64,000 nt of DNA from a virus: the IMG/VR virus record IMGVR_UViG_3300045988_162372; one strand, written 5' to 3'. Below the pieces are notes generated by a model. It did no database searches. It saw only the letters and a program-made list of their open reading frames with translations, and had not been told where the DNA came from. Below are positions 46,206-56,256 of the stretch, piece by piece. Numbering within the stretch: position 1 is the stretch's first letter; every line of letters begins with the position of its first letter. Made by a program: the position numbers and the translations under genes.

Positions 46206-48323
46206 ATGAATTTAGAAGAAACTATAAAAAGAATGGAGCTTCTATCCAAATATGATACCAAGAAAGCTCTGAATGAATGGGGAGAACCTGACTGTAAGGG
46301 GTGGCTTAATATTGGAGTTGTACCTGACAGCAATCCGTTTTTTGGAAGACGAGAAAAAGACGGTAATGATATGTACATTATGGTTAATCCTAATGCAGAA
46401 CAGATTGATGATATGTCCACGTTCCGTTATAGAAATGTTACATATAATACAAAACCAGATGGAACTGGTTTATCAAATAATTTACCTGTTAATGATTTAC
46501 GAAGAGTAAAGATTTATCCAGAATATCGTGACACCTATTATGGAGACCTATTTTTAGGAAAACGTAAGGGCGAACAAGGGGAGATTATGCATAAGGAATT
46601 CATGTCTAATCTTAACATTTCAGGTGATAAAGTTATTCTAAAACATGATAGCAGTGTCAAAATTACAGACGGTGTTATTAAGAAAGGAAAGACAAATAGT
46701 TATTCTAACAACAGTGATATTGGAATATATTTTTGGGGTAGCAAGAAAATAGGTAGTGACCCATCTAACGGTCAAACATATACCTATATTTGTACAGTTC
46801 CATTATCAGATGTTTATGATTTTGAAACAAATCTTGAACGATTCCCAAGTCTTGACCAAGCAATGCAAGAGCATAAATATTGCGCACAATATTGGAATAA
46901 AGACAAATCAAACGCAATTGTTGTAAATACATTTTCTCGAACACCTATTCAAGCGATTAGGGATAATACAAACGGAAAAGTTTACAATGCAAATTGGGAG
47001 GAAATAGATATGCAAGTTGAAAGTAAGAAACCGAAAGGCAATTTCATTAATGAATACAAACCTAATACCTGCAACAAGGCTGATTTAGTATCCATTAATG
47101 AAGTAAACGCTAAAAGTATGCTTCAACGTCACGGAGATAGTGGTTTTATTGTTATTTCTCCTTGCAGGGGATTTGCAGATTTCAAACTTGACCCTAACGA
47201 TCCACAATCTAAACAAAAATTGTCAGAAATCAATAACCAACGTGTACGTGAAATGATACAACAAATCAAACATAGTGGATATTCTTATACTCCTGTATAT
47301 GGCGGTTTTATTGAAAATGCTGGTACTGAAGATGAGGAAAATGTATATGAACGTTCATTTGTCATTTACAACAAAAGACGTGATGGTTCTGAAGGTGATA
47401 TAAAGAAACTGATTGATTTTGGACAAGCATTAGCACAGCAATACAATCAGGATAGCTTCTTGGTGAAAGCTCGTGGAGAGAAACCTAAATACATTACTCA
47501 AAACGGTGATGTTGATATGGAATTTAGTGGTAATACCTCTTTCAACGATTTCTCGCAAGAATATTTCACTGATTTACATAAGAATACAGATAAATATGCA
47601 AAGGATAATAATCGTAAGCCTACACGTTTCTCATACGTGGAAAGTTATATCAATCCTGCGCCCCAATGCTATTCAGAACGTCATATAAGAAGTTTGAATG
47701 GGGAAATATTTCTTACTGAAACCAGTCGCAGACAAAAGGCTCAACAAGCTGTTAACGGGAAACTATCTAACTTAAAAAGTTTTGCAATCCTTACATCAGA
47801 CAATCCAATGGGCAAGAAACTTTCTTCATCAGAAAATGCTTCTAATTATGAAAGTCTTATGAAAGATTTAAAACTTGGTAATTTCTTGTATTTTCCAGTA
47901 AAAGGTAAATATAATGATATTGAACATTCTGTTATTATCTACAATATTTCATTAGATGATGCAATTTATCTCGGCGATACATATAATCAGGAAAGTATTA
48001 TATATTGTATACCTAATTTGCAAAACAGTTCTGTACATTATGAGTATTGGGAAAGAAGCGCAGAGGGAAAACCTTTAAGAAAAACTATTGAAAGAGATGA
48101 ATATGTTGATGCAACTAACGACAAAGATATGTTCACCCAAATCAGTAGGAAATTCAAAATTAGAATACCATTTTTTGAAAATATCGAAAAGGTATGTACA
48201 TTTATTAAGAGTAGAATGAAAACAGTCAATAATGCAGAAAAGTTATTGAATGAATCTATGAGTAACAAGTATACTGGTAAACATAAAATGATTTGTAGGT
48301 ATAAGTTGTATACACAGAAGTAA
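46206..48323 (+). CDS. large multidomain hypothetical protein with an internal duplication
   Basis: The track ORF begins at 46167; I prefer the ATG at 46206 (MNLEETIKRMELL). Two related segments are ...VISPCRGF...YSYTPVYGGF...ERSFVIYN and ...FAILTSDNPMG...FLYFPVKGKY...EHSVIIYN. Confidence 0.75.
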   Translation: MNLEETIKRMELLSKYDTKKALNEWGEPDCKGWLNIGVVPDSNPFFGRREKDGNDMYIMVNPNAEQIDDMSTFRYRNVTYNTKPDGTGLSNNLPVNDLRRVKIYPEYRDTYYGDLFLGKRKGEQGEIMHKEFMSNLNISGDKVILKHDSSVKITDGVIKKGKTNSYSNNSDIGIYFWGSKKIGSDPSNGQTYTYICTVPLSDVYDFETNLERFPSLDQAMQEHKYCAQYWNKDKSNAIVVNTFSRTPIQAIRDNTNGKVYNANWEEIDMQVESKKPKGNFINEYKPNTCNKADLVSINEVNAKSMLQRHGDSGFIVISPCRGFADFKLDPNDPQSKQKLSEINNQRVREMIQQIKHSGYSYTPVYGGFIENAGTEDEENVYERSFVIYNKRRDGSEGDIKKLIDFGQALAQQYNQDSFLVKARGEKPKYITQNGDVDMEFSGNTSFNDFSQEYFTDLHKNTDKYAKDNNRKPTRFSYVESYINPAPQCYSERHIRSLNGEIFLTETSRRQKAQQAVNGKLSNLKSFAILTSDNPMGKKLSSSENASNYESLMKDLKLGNFLYFPVKGKYNDIEHSVIIYNISLDDAIYLGDTYNQESIIYCIPNLQNSSVHYEYWERSAEGKPLRKTIERDEYVDATNDKDMFTQISRKFKIRIPFFENIEKVCTFIKSRMKTVNNAEKLLNESMSNKYTGKHKMICRYKLYTQK

Positions 48324-48343
48324 TATTATATTTTTTTAACATC

Positions 48344-48381
48344 AATAATCTCATTGTATTTGTTACTTTGAGATTATTTTT
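48344..48381 (+). terminator. intrinsic terminator
   Basis: aataatctca/tgagattatt forms a 10-bp stem followed by ttt. It overlaps the next promoter. Confidence 0.55.
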
Positions 48382-48390
48382 GTATATTTG
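48359..48390 (+). promoter_or_regulatory. Bacteroides-type promoter
   Basis: TTTG at 48359-48362, a 20-nt spacer, then TATATTTG at 48383-48390. Confidence 0.6.
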
Positions 48391-48417
48391 CAAATATTAA
48401 TAAACAGTTTATAAAAT

Positions 48418-48900
48418 ATGGTTAACATGACAGATTTCACAGATAATAAATTCTTTGCCCAATCAGATGGCCCTTGTGTTATGATCGATAGTAATAGTTA
48501 TAAAAAGTTAAAAGAACAAGCACATAAAAATCAACAAGATATTGAAGAAAAGGCAAAAATGAAATACCAAGAATACCTTGGCAAGAATGATATTAATGTC
48601 ACTTTTAAAATACCATCTCTTAATCTAATTGCTCGTGGTGCAGGAATAATTGTTCCTATTGAAGATGAATATTCAGAATATAGCTCACAATACAATTATG
48701 GTGAAAAAATAAGATATGGTATTGTTGAAAGACTTACAAATGACATTGAAGCTAATTTTAAAGATTGGAGAAAAGATGTAAGAAAATTGTTTAATGATTT
48801 ACATCAAGATATGCTACGAAAAATGGTAAGAAATACCTATACTATGATTATTCTTTATATTATTGTGATTATAGAAACAATATGTCTTATTTTCTTTTAA
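48418..48900 (+). CDS. hypothetical protein with a C-terminal TM segment
   Basis: 160 aa; C-terminal MIILYIIVIIETICLIFF. Confidence 0.55.
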   Translation: MVNMTDFTDNKFFAQSDGPCVMIDSNSYKKLKEQAHKNQQDIEEKAKMKYQEYLGKNDINVTFKIPSLNLIARGAGIIVPIEDEYSEYSSQYNYGEKIRYGIVERLTNDIEANFKDWRKDVRKLFNDLHQDMLRKMVRNTYTMIILYIIVIIETICLIFF

Positions 48901-48911
48901 ATATAAAATAT

Positions 48912-49496
48912 ATGGAAGTAATATTAAACAATTTATATGATAGAGAATTTTTCGAGAATGGTGGTATTATTAAAACGAAGAAAGACGAAGTAATTGATGA
49001 TTGTAAAACATTCATTAAATTAAAAATTACATCTGATGATATAGAAACTGCAAAAATTGGCAATAAAGATTATATTTATGACGATAAAGAACAACAGTTT
49101 TATTATTCAGATATGAGGAATTTTCTTGAGCCTAAAGATGCTTATGGGATTAAGAATGTAAATTTCTCTTTAATTGACCGAGATGACAGTAGATGGGAAG
49201 AATTTAAAAAAGAACGTTTGGAGAATGGTTTTGATGAATCTGAAACTTGGGCATTAGACAACACTATCGCACGTTTCATTCTACCACGATTAAAATGTTT
49301 CTATAATAATGGTGAACTGTTCAGTTATCCGTATGGTATGAAATCTGGCGATTGGAGTGCTATTGTTTCTAAAATGGTTAAAGCATTTGACTTGATTGTA
49401 AATGTAGATGCAGCTAAGAGAACCGAAGAAGAAGTGAAAGCCGTTGAAGAAGGATTAGATTTATTTAGAGAATATTTCTTTGATTTATGGAACTAA
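48912..49496 (+). CDS. hypothetical protein
   Basis: The ATG at 48912 follows the previous stop. The track start 48882 would overlap that gene by 19 nt. Confidence 0.55.
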   Translation: MEVILNNLYDREFFENGGIIKTKKDEVIDDCKTFIKLKITSDDIETAKIGNKDYIYDDKEQQFYYSDMRNFLEPKDAYGIKNVNFSLIDRDDSRWEEFKKERLENGFDESETWALDNTIARFILPRLKCFYNNGELFSYPYGMKSGDWSAIVSKMVKAFDLIVNVDAAKRTEEEVKAVEEGLDLFREYFFDLWN

Positions 49497-49507
49497 AATA
49501 TAAAATT

Positions 49508-49795
49508 ATGAATGATATACAATTTGCTAAAAGTATATTTGATTATTACAATATCCCATTTACTAATGTACAACTATTTGGAAATTGGGCTGTTAATAGT
49601 TTTGGTGACATCGTAAACTATAAGAAATATTATTGTTTATTCTCTTATGATATTACTAATTCTGAAATGTCAAGAGAAGATTGGATAGAACAAATTTCTC
49701 AAAAGAGTTTCTTTGATATAAAGAATTTCATTAAGGCGTATGATTTTGCACTTTCTTTTGCAAAAGAAGATAGTCTTCATTGTCAGTTAAAATGA
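49508..49795 (+). CDS. hypothetical protein; start at 49487 or 49508
   Basis: Two in-frame ATGs; 49508 lies after the upstream stop. Confidence 0.5.
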   Translation: MNDIQFAKSIFDYYNIPFTNVQLFGNWAVNSFGDIVNYKKYYCLFSYDITNSEMSREDWIEQISQKSFFDIKNFIKAYDFALSFAKEDSLHCQLK

Positions 49796-49836
49796 TATTT
49801 ATTTAATATAAAACTATTATTTGAAAAGATTTACAA

Positions 49837-50541
49837 ATGAATAAACTGACAGAAAACAAACTTCAACAACTTATAAAAGAAGCATTGGAAGAAATGGTAA
49901 CTGATGCTGAAGGTATGTACTCTCATGGATATGTACTTGTAGATGATGCAGATATGGCAGTTTTAGGTAATTATAGTAACCCTGATGATTTGCAAGACGC
50001 TATTAATGATGCAAAATCAATGGCTGAAGCTAATCCTTATGGTTCATACAGAGTATGTGGCTGTGATGAAAATGGGCAATATGATTATGACGAAACTTGT
50101 GTATTCTCTACATTTAATGAAGGAAAACAAAGATTCGCCAAATATCTTAATGAGAATATCAAAACAATACTCACTCAAGTTATTTCAGAGAATAAAGACA
50201 AAATCAAAGAAATAATCAAAGAAGCTAACCAAAGTCAAAAGACCGTTGGAAGAAAACAGAAAATTTCTGAAGCCATTGATGATATTGCAAGTCAATTTAT
50301 AGATTGGGCATTGAATGATTCCAATACACAAAGACGTATGGGTGGCCCAGTAAATGCTTTGCAAGCAATGCATGATTATTATTACAACAATGATGATGAC
50401 GCTCTCTATATTGCGGCAGAAGCTTTTGCAGAAGCCAAAGGTATTGAAGATGCTGAAAGTAATATTTATATGATTCTTGATGCTGCAAAGAAAGCTGCTG
50501 AATATTATTTCAACAGTAATCCTGATGAGGAACAAGTATGA
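49837..50541 (+). CDS. hypothetical protein with the leader motif
   Basis: MNKLTENKLQQLIKEALEEMV. Confidence 0.6.
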   Translation: MNKLTENKLQQLIKEALEEMVTDAEGMYSHGYVLVDDADMAVLGNYSNPDDLQDAINDAKSMAEANPYGSYRVCGCDENGQYDYDETCVFSTFNEGKQRFAKYLNENIKTILTQVISENKDKIKEIIKEANQSQKTVGRKQKISEAIDDIASQFIDWALNDSNTQRRMGGPVNALQAMHDYYYNNDDDALYIAAEAFAEAKGIEDAESNIYMILDAAKKAAEYYFNSNPDEEQV

Positions 50542-50579
50542 TATAGATGAATTCATAATAACAAATAAAGGAGGAAACG

Positions 50580-51149
50580 TTAATTATTTTCCTCCTTTTT
50601 ATTATATTTTGACGGTACAATTACCTCATTTATGTATTTTTTGTCAACAAATTCTGTCAGCCAAACATCATTATTTGATAAGAAAAATCTATCACCATCT
50701 TCTTTCATATGTTTTGCATTAATGACAAATATACAGGGTCTTCCATGACGTTTACCAACTTTTAATGCCGTTTCTTTATCCGATGATAAATGCACATATT
50801 GTCTTGTTGCTTTATTAATACCAGTATCTTCAATGCTTTCAATAAACCTTGTTGCAGTTCCGTGATACAAAATATCAGGTGGTGTACATTCTTTTAATTC
50901 TACATCCACATTGATTGAATGCCCTTGTCTTGCCCTAATTTTTGTTTTATCTTCTGAAAATTCGTATCTTTTTTTATCATTAGTCTCTACAATCTTATTT
51001 AATAATTCAAATGTAAAGTCTTGATTTTCAATTAAGTCGGATACTTCTCTATATCCATGTTCGTCAAATTGATAATCTTTATCATGTCGTAAAAGAAAGG
51101 AGAGCTTTTTGCCCATCCTTTCCAAATATTCTTGTGCATAATCTTCCAT
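50580..51149 (-). CDS. kptA: RNA 2'-phosphotransferase, Tpt1/KptA family
   Basis: Motifs seen: LSFLLRHD, KRYEF, IRARQGHSI, LYHGT and YVHLS. These fit the Tpt1 R-H-R-R signature positions. Confidence 0.85.
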   Translation of the reverse strand: MEDYAQEYLERMGKKLSFLLRHDKDYQFDEHGYREVSDLIENQDFTFELLNKIVETNDKKRYEFSEDKTKIRARQGHSINVDVELKECTPPDILYHGTATRFIESIEDTGINKATRQYVHLSSDKETALKVGKRHGRPCIFVINAKHMKEDGDRFFLSNNDVWLTEFVDKKYINEVIVPSKYNKKEENN

Positions 51150-51152
51150 GAC

Positions 51153-51569
51153 TTATTCCTCATAATACAATTTTAAAACTAATTCTTCTATTTCTAAGAA
51201 TTCACCCTTTTGAATGTCTCCAAAATATCCATATTCAATGATTGTCTTATATGGTTTATATATAACAGTATCTCCACCTTCATTCCATATTTTAATATCT
51301 CGTTGATAAATAGGATTAGACATATGACCTGTTATTGATTCAGCGTATGAACGCAACCAATCGGTAATGAATTTATTATTATTTTTATTATCATATTCTT
51401 TTTGGAGTTTTAATCTTGCATAAGATAGCTTATTATGTGGCATAGTCCATATTTCTTCCTCAACATGCTTTATACTTTTCACTCTAAATTTATATCTTTC
51501 TTCATCTGATATTCCAACATATATAATATCATTTTCTTTTAGAATATCTGTAAGTTTTTTATTTGTCAT
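51153..51569 (-). CDS. hypothetical protein
   Basis: 138-aa ORF that overlaps the upstream gene by 11 nt. Confidence 0.55.
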   Translation of the reverse strand: MTNKKLTDILKENDIIYVGISDEERYKFRVKSIKHVEEEIWTMPHNKLSYARLKLQKEYDNKNNNKFITDWLRSYAESITGHMSNPIYQRDIKIWNEGGDTVIYKPYKTIIEYGYFGDIQKGEFLEIEELVLKLYYEE

Positions 51570-52143
51570 TATTCAATTCTCCTTGTCTTTTATTAATATA
51601 TGCAGCCACTTCATAGCCAAGAGGGTGTAACTCTTTTAAACCTGCAAGTACCAAGAAACCGCTCATTCCGCTATGCCCTTGTTTGTAAAATAAATCACGG
51701 CATTCTTTCAATCTTTCATCTTTCGATTTAGCTTCGTCATTCAATATTTTGATTATATCCAACCAACAATCAAGTTCCATACCTCTGTATAAGTCATTCA
51801 ATCTGATTGGAACAATTCTATCCCAATAGTTTAATTTCTTTTCTGGAATGATACCTCTTGCTTTATCTTTATAATAAGTAGTCAGTTCAGGAATTCTTTC
51901 CTTATATGTTTTTAATTCTTGTTGGCGTTTTTCTTCCTCTTCTTTGGCATATTTGTAATACTCATCTCTTGTCATACCGACAATCTTTTGAAATATCTCA
52001 TCTAATGTTTCATAAGAGTAAATAGTATGATCATTAAATTCACCATAACTGGGAGCATATTCCTGTAAATCTCTATATGCAGATTCAATATTTTGTCCTG
52101 CTGAAAATTCAATCTTGTTCAATTTACTTTGTTCCATATTCAT
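51559..52143 (-). CDS. hypothetical protein
   Basis: The track start 52191 lies upstream of the -7 box. The ATG at 52143 (MNMEQSKLNK) is the first one after the promoter. Confidence 0.6.
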   Translation of the reverse strand: MNMEQSKLNKIEFSAGQNIESAYRDLQEYAPSYGEFNDHTIYSYETLDEIFQKIVGMTRDEYYKYAKEEEEKRQQELKTYKERIPELTTYYKDKARGIIPEKKLNYWDRIVPIRLNDLYRGMELDCWLDIIKILNDEAKSKDERLKECRDLFYKQGHSGMSGFLVLAGLKELHPLGYEVAAYINKRQGELNNDK

Positions 52144-52160
52144 TTTAGATTTATTTGTTG

Positions 52161-52192
52161 CAAATATACTAATTTTATTACAGATAGACAAA
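52161..52192 (-). promoter_or_regulatory. Bacteroides-type promoter (minus strand)
   Basis: The + strand shows caaatata at 52161-52168 (TATATTTG) and caaa at 52189-52192 (TTTG), with a 20-nt spacer. Confidence 0.6.
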
Positions 52193-52271
52193 TATTACCG
52201 TTATAAATTTATATAAATATTGAAGTGGGGAAAATAAGAAGCTATAATTAAGTATTAATATCACTTAATAA

Positions 52272-53222
52272 ATGAAAACAACTATTTTAGAAATATTAGA
52301 TTCAATTGATCAAGAAAGTATTATAGACGAAAGTGTCGAGGAAATTAATCAATTCATTTTTGAAGATAGGACAATTGCTGATGAAGTGAAAACAATTACT
52401 GATATCATTGGAGAAACTTTCTTTGAAGAAATAAAAAAGATAACTTCAAAACCTTATAAAAATGAAGGAGTTGATTACAAACAAGGTACATTCAAATTTA
52501 ACTTATTCAATATTACAATAGATGTGGTATGGGAATATTACGATATATATACAGATGAAGGGTTGCATTTAAATAAACGAGATTATATAAATGCAGATAT
52601 AGGGCGTAAAAGATTAAATATTTGCTTAATATCAATTGATAAAAGATTTAATAAAAAGGCTTTCTTTGAAAATCTACAACATGAAATTTCTCATTTCTTT
52701 GAAAGAGGCAAGCGAGGAAAACCGTATCATAATTTAGAGAAATATAATACGTCTATTACCAAGATGAACAATGCTCTTACAGATTATGAAGGTATTATAG
52801 CAAGTATAATATATATCAATCATAAGTTTGAACAAAGGGCATTTGGTAATGGTGCATACCAATATATGATGAAAAGTAATGATTACAACAATAATTTTGA
52901 CAATGCAATTAAAGATACCCAACTCTTCAAATGGCTTATACAAATCAAGAATGACTATGTGTTTATAAAGAATACACCACAAGGTCATCCGTTGTTAAAA
53001 GCTGCACTTAAACCTTATAATATAACCTATGATAAATTACTCGAAATAACAGAAGAAACAATTGATAACTTAATCAGAATGCTTGGCAGAATAAAATCCA
53101 AAGCACTTGATGATTATAGAGAACAAAACGAAGTACATTCAATGCAAGAACATATCATAAAAGAAGGTCTGGAAAAGAAGTGGGAAGAAATCATTAAAAT
53201 GAATGAAAAATATTTCTCATAA
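52272..53222 (+). CDS. HExxH (zincin-like) protein, paralog of 21022..21966
   Basis: LQHEISHFFERG followed by HKFEQRAF, the same motif order as its paralog. Confidence 0.65.
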   Translation: MKTTILEILDSIDQESIIDESVEEINQFIFEDRTIADEVKTITDIIGETFFEEIKKITSKPYKNEGVDYKQGTFKFNLFNITIDVVWEYYDIYTDEGLHLNKRDYINADIGRKRLNICLISIDKRFNKKAFFENLQHEISHFFERGKRGKPYHNLEKYNTSITKMNNALTDYEGIIASIIYINHKFEQRAFGNGAYQYMMKSNDYNNNFDNAIKDTQLFKWLIQIKNDYVFIKNTPQGHPLLKAALKPYNITYDKLLEITEETIDNLIRMLGRIKSKALDDYREQNEVHSMQEHIIKEGLEKKWEEIIKMNEKYFS

Positions 53223-53622
53223 TAAGAAATACAATTACCAATATAGAAATACCAAATAATAGTTTTTCAAATTTACCATCTGTTTTCACAAATGATGCAA
53301 ACGGTAATTTGACTTTTAATCCAATTGGATAAAACAATGGGCATCCCTGCTTGGTTATCATATCCAAAAACAAATGTACACAACAACCAATACAAAGATA
53401 TACATTGATAAAATAACATAGAATGAGAAATAACAAACTATGTGTCCAAGTTCTATGTTTTATCATTTTCGGTATGAATGGCAATGCTTTTCCAAACAAA
53501 CTATTCTTATGGTCAATATCTGGAAGTAATGAGCCAACGGATAATAATATACCTGATACAACATCTCCACAAAGAAATAGAGATGTTGCGATACCACAAC
53601 TTAAATGAGTTTTACCAGTCAT
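53194..53622 (-). CDS. membrane-bound metal-dependent hydrolase, YdjM/DUF457-like
   Basis: MTGKTHLSCGIA, LLPDIDH and HRTWTHSL, plus four hydrophobic helices. Confidence 0.7.
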   Translation of the reverse strand: MTGKTHLSCGIATSLFLCGDVVSGILLSVGSLLPDIDHKNSLFGKALPFIPKMIKHRTWTHSLLFLILCYFINVYLCIGCCVHLFLDMITKQGCPLFYPIGLKVKLPFASFVKTDGKFEKLLFGISILVIVFLIMRNIFHSF

Positions 53623-53656
53623 TGTTTGTTTTTCTTTTTAAGTAACTTCTGTGTAT

Positions 53657-53842
53657 CTAACATAATTCTTTCCTTTCTATATAATCCTTACATTTGGTAT
53701 ATCTCATAGGCTTGCCACAATAGCCATCATAAGCACATGTAAAACAAAGTGCTGTACGTCCCTTTTTGTCAGTATACCATTTCAACCTATCTTTTTCGGT
53801 ATATTGGAATTTTGAGTACATACTTATTTCTTTATCATTCAT
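53657..53842 (-). CDS. Cys-rich mini-protein
   Basis: 61 aa; contains CFTCAYDGYCGKPMRYTKC. Confidence 0.5.
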   Translation of the reverse strand: MNDKEISMYSKFQYTEKDRLKWYTDKKGRTALCFTCAYDGYCGKPMRYTKCKDYIERKELC

Positions 53843-54038
53843 CTTTTATAAACATCATATTACCTACATTAATATCCCAATCTTCATCTTTCATATCATT
53901 TTTCAAAGATTGTCTTTTAGCTGATTTGGATTTAAAAAAGCCTAAACATTCCCACCAATTTTCAGACTTTAATTTCTTTGGATGTATGTCATGTTTACAT
54001 CTAAATTTACATGGTTTTTTAATGAGAAAATTTTTCAT
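53835..54038 (-). CDS. small hypothetical protein
   Basis: 67-aa ORF that overlaps both neighbouring genes. Confidence 0.45.
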   Translation of the reverse strand: MKNFLIKKPCKFRCKHDIHPKKLKSENWWECLGFFKSKSAKRQSLKNDMKDEDWDINVGNMMFIKDE

Positions 54039-54508
54039 TTGTTTCTGATATTACCTAAATCTATTATTTGTTCTTTCAAACATAATGTTTCAGATATAAC
54101 ACTGGATTTGTTCCAATTAATATTATTGTCACCATAATGGCAAGTATCAAACCCAAGTATGAAATAACCGTCTGGTATTAATTTTCTACCCTCGTCTTCA
54201 TAAACATTTAAACGTACAGTCCAATCAGAAGCTTGGATTACCTCAGCTTTATTTAATAACCCACATCTAAGCTTCTTTATGTTACCAAACTCATCTTTAC
54301 TATTATATACAACATATTCAGAAAATGTCAATCCACCATGTACATTAATATTATTATATAGTTTATCGTCATATCTCACTCCATACGCTATATGCGTTGG
54401 TGGAATTGCTACATATCCATTATATTCTCCACAAGATAATGGTTCTAAAAAATGTGGAGTTGGTGATATAAACGCTATAATCTTATCATCTTCGTTCATT
54501 TTCTTCAT
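54035..54508 (-). CDS. hypothetical protein
   Basis: 157-aa ORF with an ATG start. Confidence 0.6.
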   Translation of the reverse strand: MKKMNEDDKIIAFISPTPHFLEPLSCGEYNGYVAIPPTHIAYGVRYDDKLYNNINVHGGLTFSEYVVYNSKDEFGNIKKLRCGLLNKAEVIQASDWTVRLNVYEDEGRKLIPDGYFILGFDTCHYGDNNINWNKSSVISETLCLKEQIIDLGNIRNK

Positions 54509-54632
54509 TCGTCTTATAAGGATTTAATATGCAAACACTACATTCGCAATGGATAGGATAGTAGAAATAAGTTCTTTCTAACTCTGTTTCCTTACCACAA
54601 ATATCACATTTCCCAAATTCAATTTCTCCCAT
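54486..54632 (-). CDS. unlisted 48-aa Cys-rich mini-ORF
   Basis: Hand translation gives MGEIEFGKCDICGKETELERTYFYYPIHCECSVCILNPYKTNEENERR. Its ATG is 2 nt after the upstream TAG, and its 3' end overlaps the next ATG. Confidence 0.45.
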   Translation of the reverse strand: MGEIEFGKCDICGKETELERTYFYYPIHCECSVCILNPYKTNEENERR

Positions 54633-54634
54633 AA

Positions 54635-55432
54635 CTATTCCTCCCAAGAAACTTTAATCGTATCGATTCTACCAAATAAAATACCTGATTTCTTTATTGC
54701 TTCATCTTTTGAAGTATAGGGATGTTTAGAAAATGTAACTCCGTCAATCCCCTTATACACATTCACCCATCCCTCTTTCTTTTCGGGGAGCATCATAAGG
54801 TCGTTATCTGAAGTTGAATCATGGAAACATTTTCCATCATTATAAAAACATTGTAAAATTTCTATGCCATCAACACGCTCTATAAGTGCTACAATTGGTG
54901 TATTATCCTTTCTATCAAAACAAATAATCCTTGCCTTACAACCATCACGAGTACAAACTGGTTTACCTTGTTTGGCAGCATCAAGGTTAAAAGGTTTTAA
55001 ATTCTTTTCAATGCTTTCAGAATTGAAGCATTTTGCATTTTCATCTCCAAAATATTCTATTTCTTGTTCCACATCTTCTTTGGTTTGTTTGATTTCTATA
55101 TCAATAATATCACTATCTCCATGCTCCAATAACAAAAGGTTATTGTTCCAATTGCAAATCAACTCATCTGTTGCTCTTATATAGGATTGCATCTGTTTTC
55201 CTTTATAAAGGAACTGCTCTCCGACCTTTTCAAGTTTCTTGAAGATAACATGTTTGCTGTCCAACCTTCTTATTTTTGAACATTCTCCAAATACTTTATC
55301 AGCTAAATCGCTTTTAGTACCACTTCTACATTCGGTAGTAAAAAGTGAGCATTCACCACAACTATCACCTTCTACACGTTGATACCACTCACCGTTGTAC
55401 TCGAATATCTCTCCTATCTTGTGTTCTTTCAT
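54635..55432 (-). CDS. hypothetical protein; shares a C-terminal domain with 55624..56256
   Basis: FNLDAAKQGKPVCTRDGCKARIICFDRKDNTPIVALIE aligns with FDIEKAKSGKAVRTRNGMEVRIICYNRENRDKKCIVALIK. Confidence 0.65.
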   Translation of the reverse strand: MKEHKIGEIFEYNGEWYQRVEGDSCGECSLFTTECRSGTKSDLADKVFGECSKIRRLDSKHVIFKKLEKVGEQFLYKGKQMQSYIRATDELICNWNNNLLLLEHGDSDIIDIEIKQTKEDVEQEIEYFGDENAKCFNSESIEKNLKPFNLDAAKQGKPVCTRDGCKARIICFDRKDNTPIVALIERVDGIEILQCFYNDGKCFHDSTSDNDLMMLPEKKEGWVNVYKGIDGVTFSKHPYTSKDEAIKKSGILFGRIDTIKVSWEE

Positions 55433-55637
55433 TTTTTATTCTATTTATTTCTTCATCAATAAAAATCTTTGTATCTCTTAATGAATAGGAATGAGCAAAA
55501 CCACATCCGTCTTCATCAACTGCTTCCCATACTATCCTATGTTCTGGCTGATAATATCCAATACAATGAATTTCGTAACCACGATAAATATAGAAACCAT
55601 TTCTAATCCGTTTTGCCTTATACTTATCCGTTCTCAT
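55389..55637 (-). CDS. small hypothetical protein
   Basis: 82-aa ORF that overlaps its neighbours on both sides. Confidence 0.5.
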   Translation of the reverse strand: MRTDKYKAKRIRNGFYIYRGYEIHCIGYYQPEHRIVWEAVDEDGCGFAHSYSLRDTKIFIDEEINRIKNERTQDRRDIRVQR

Positions 55638-56256
55638 CGGTTATAATCAAATCGTAATTCTTTCCAACACTGGAGCCAGTTCCATCTACATAATAGTTTT
55701 GTACTTGTTCATTACCATTCTTATTCTTGATAAGCGCAACAATACATTTCTTATCCCTATTCTCTCTATTATAACAGATTATTCTTACTTCCATACCATT
55801 ACGTGTACGGACAGCTTTTCCACTTTTTGCTTTTTCAATGTCAAATTTCTGTATTTTGGATGTTTCAATCATTCCTTCTTTTATAAGGTAAACAACCATC
55901 TTATAAAGGGCATTTAACATTTCTTTATCATTCTTTTCAATAACGTTTCTTTCATTCATAACATTGGAATGATAACCAACACACCAATCATAAGCTCGTT
56001 TGTTTATATTGAAATAGAGATGTTTTCCATCTATCCAGACATTGTTAGGTAAAGTATCTATCAGATTCTCTAAACAATATATAGGAAGTTTTTCATAATA
56101 TTCATAAGCAGAGAAGGTATTGTCATTATCTGCCTTAATTTCCCATTCACCCTCTTTTCTTATCTTATAATATGCATAAGGAGTAAATTTCATTTCCAAG
56201 CCTAAATCTCTAAGGGTTTGCATCTGTTCAATTGATAGAAAATTCAATGTTTCCAT
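55624..56256 (-). CDS. hypothetical protein (paralogous C-terminal domain)
   Basis: See 54635..55432. Confidence 0.65.
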   Translation of the reverse strand: METLNFLSIEQMQTLRDLGLEMKFTPYAYYKIRKEGEWEIKADNDNTFSAYEYYEKLPIYCLENLIDTLPNNVWIDGKHLYFNINKRAYDWCVGYHSNVMNERNVIEKNDKEMLNALYKMVVYLIKEGMIETSKIQKFDIEKAKSGKAVRTRNGMEVRIICYNRENRDKKCIVALIKNKNGNEQVQNYYVDGTGSSVGKNYDLIITDENG

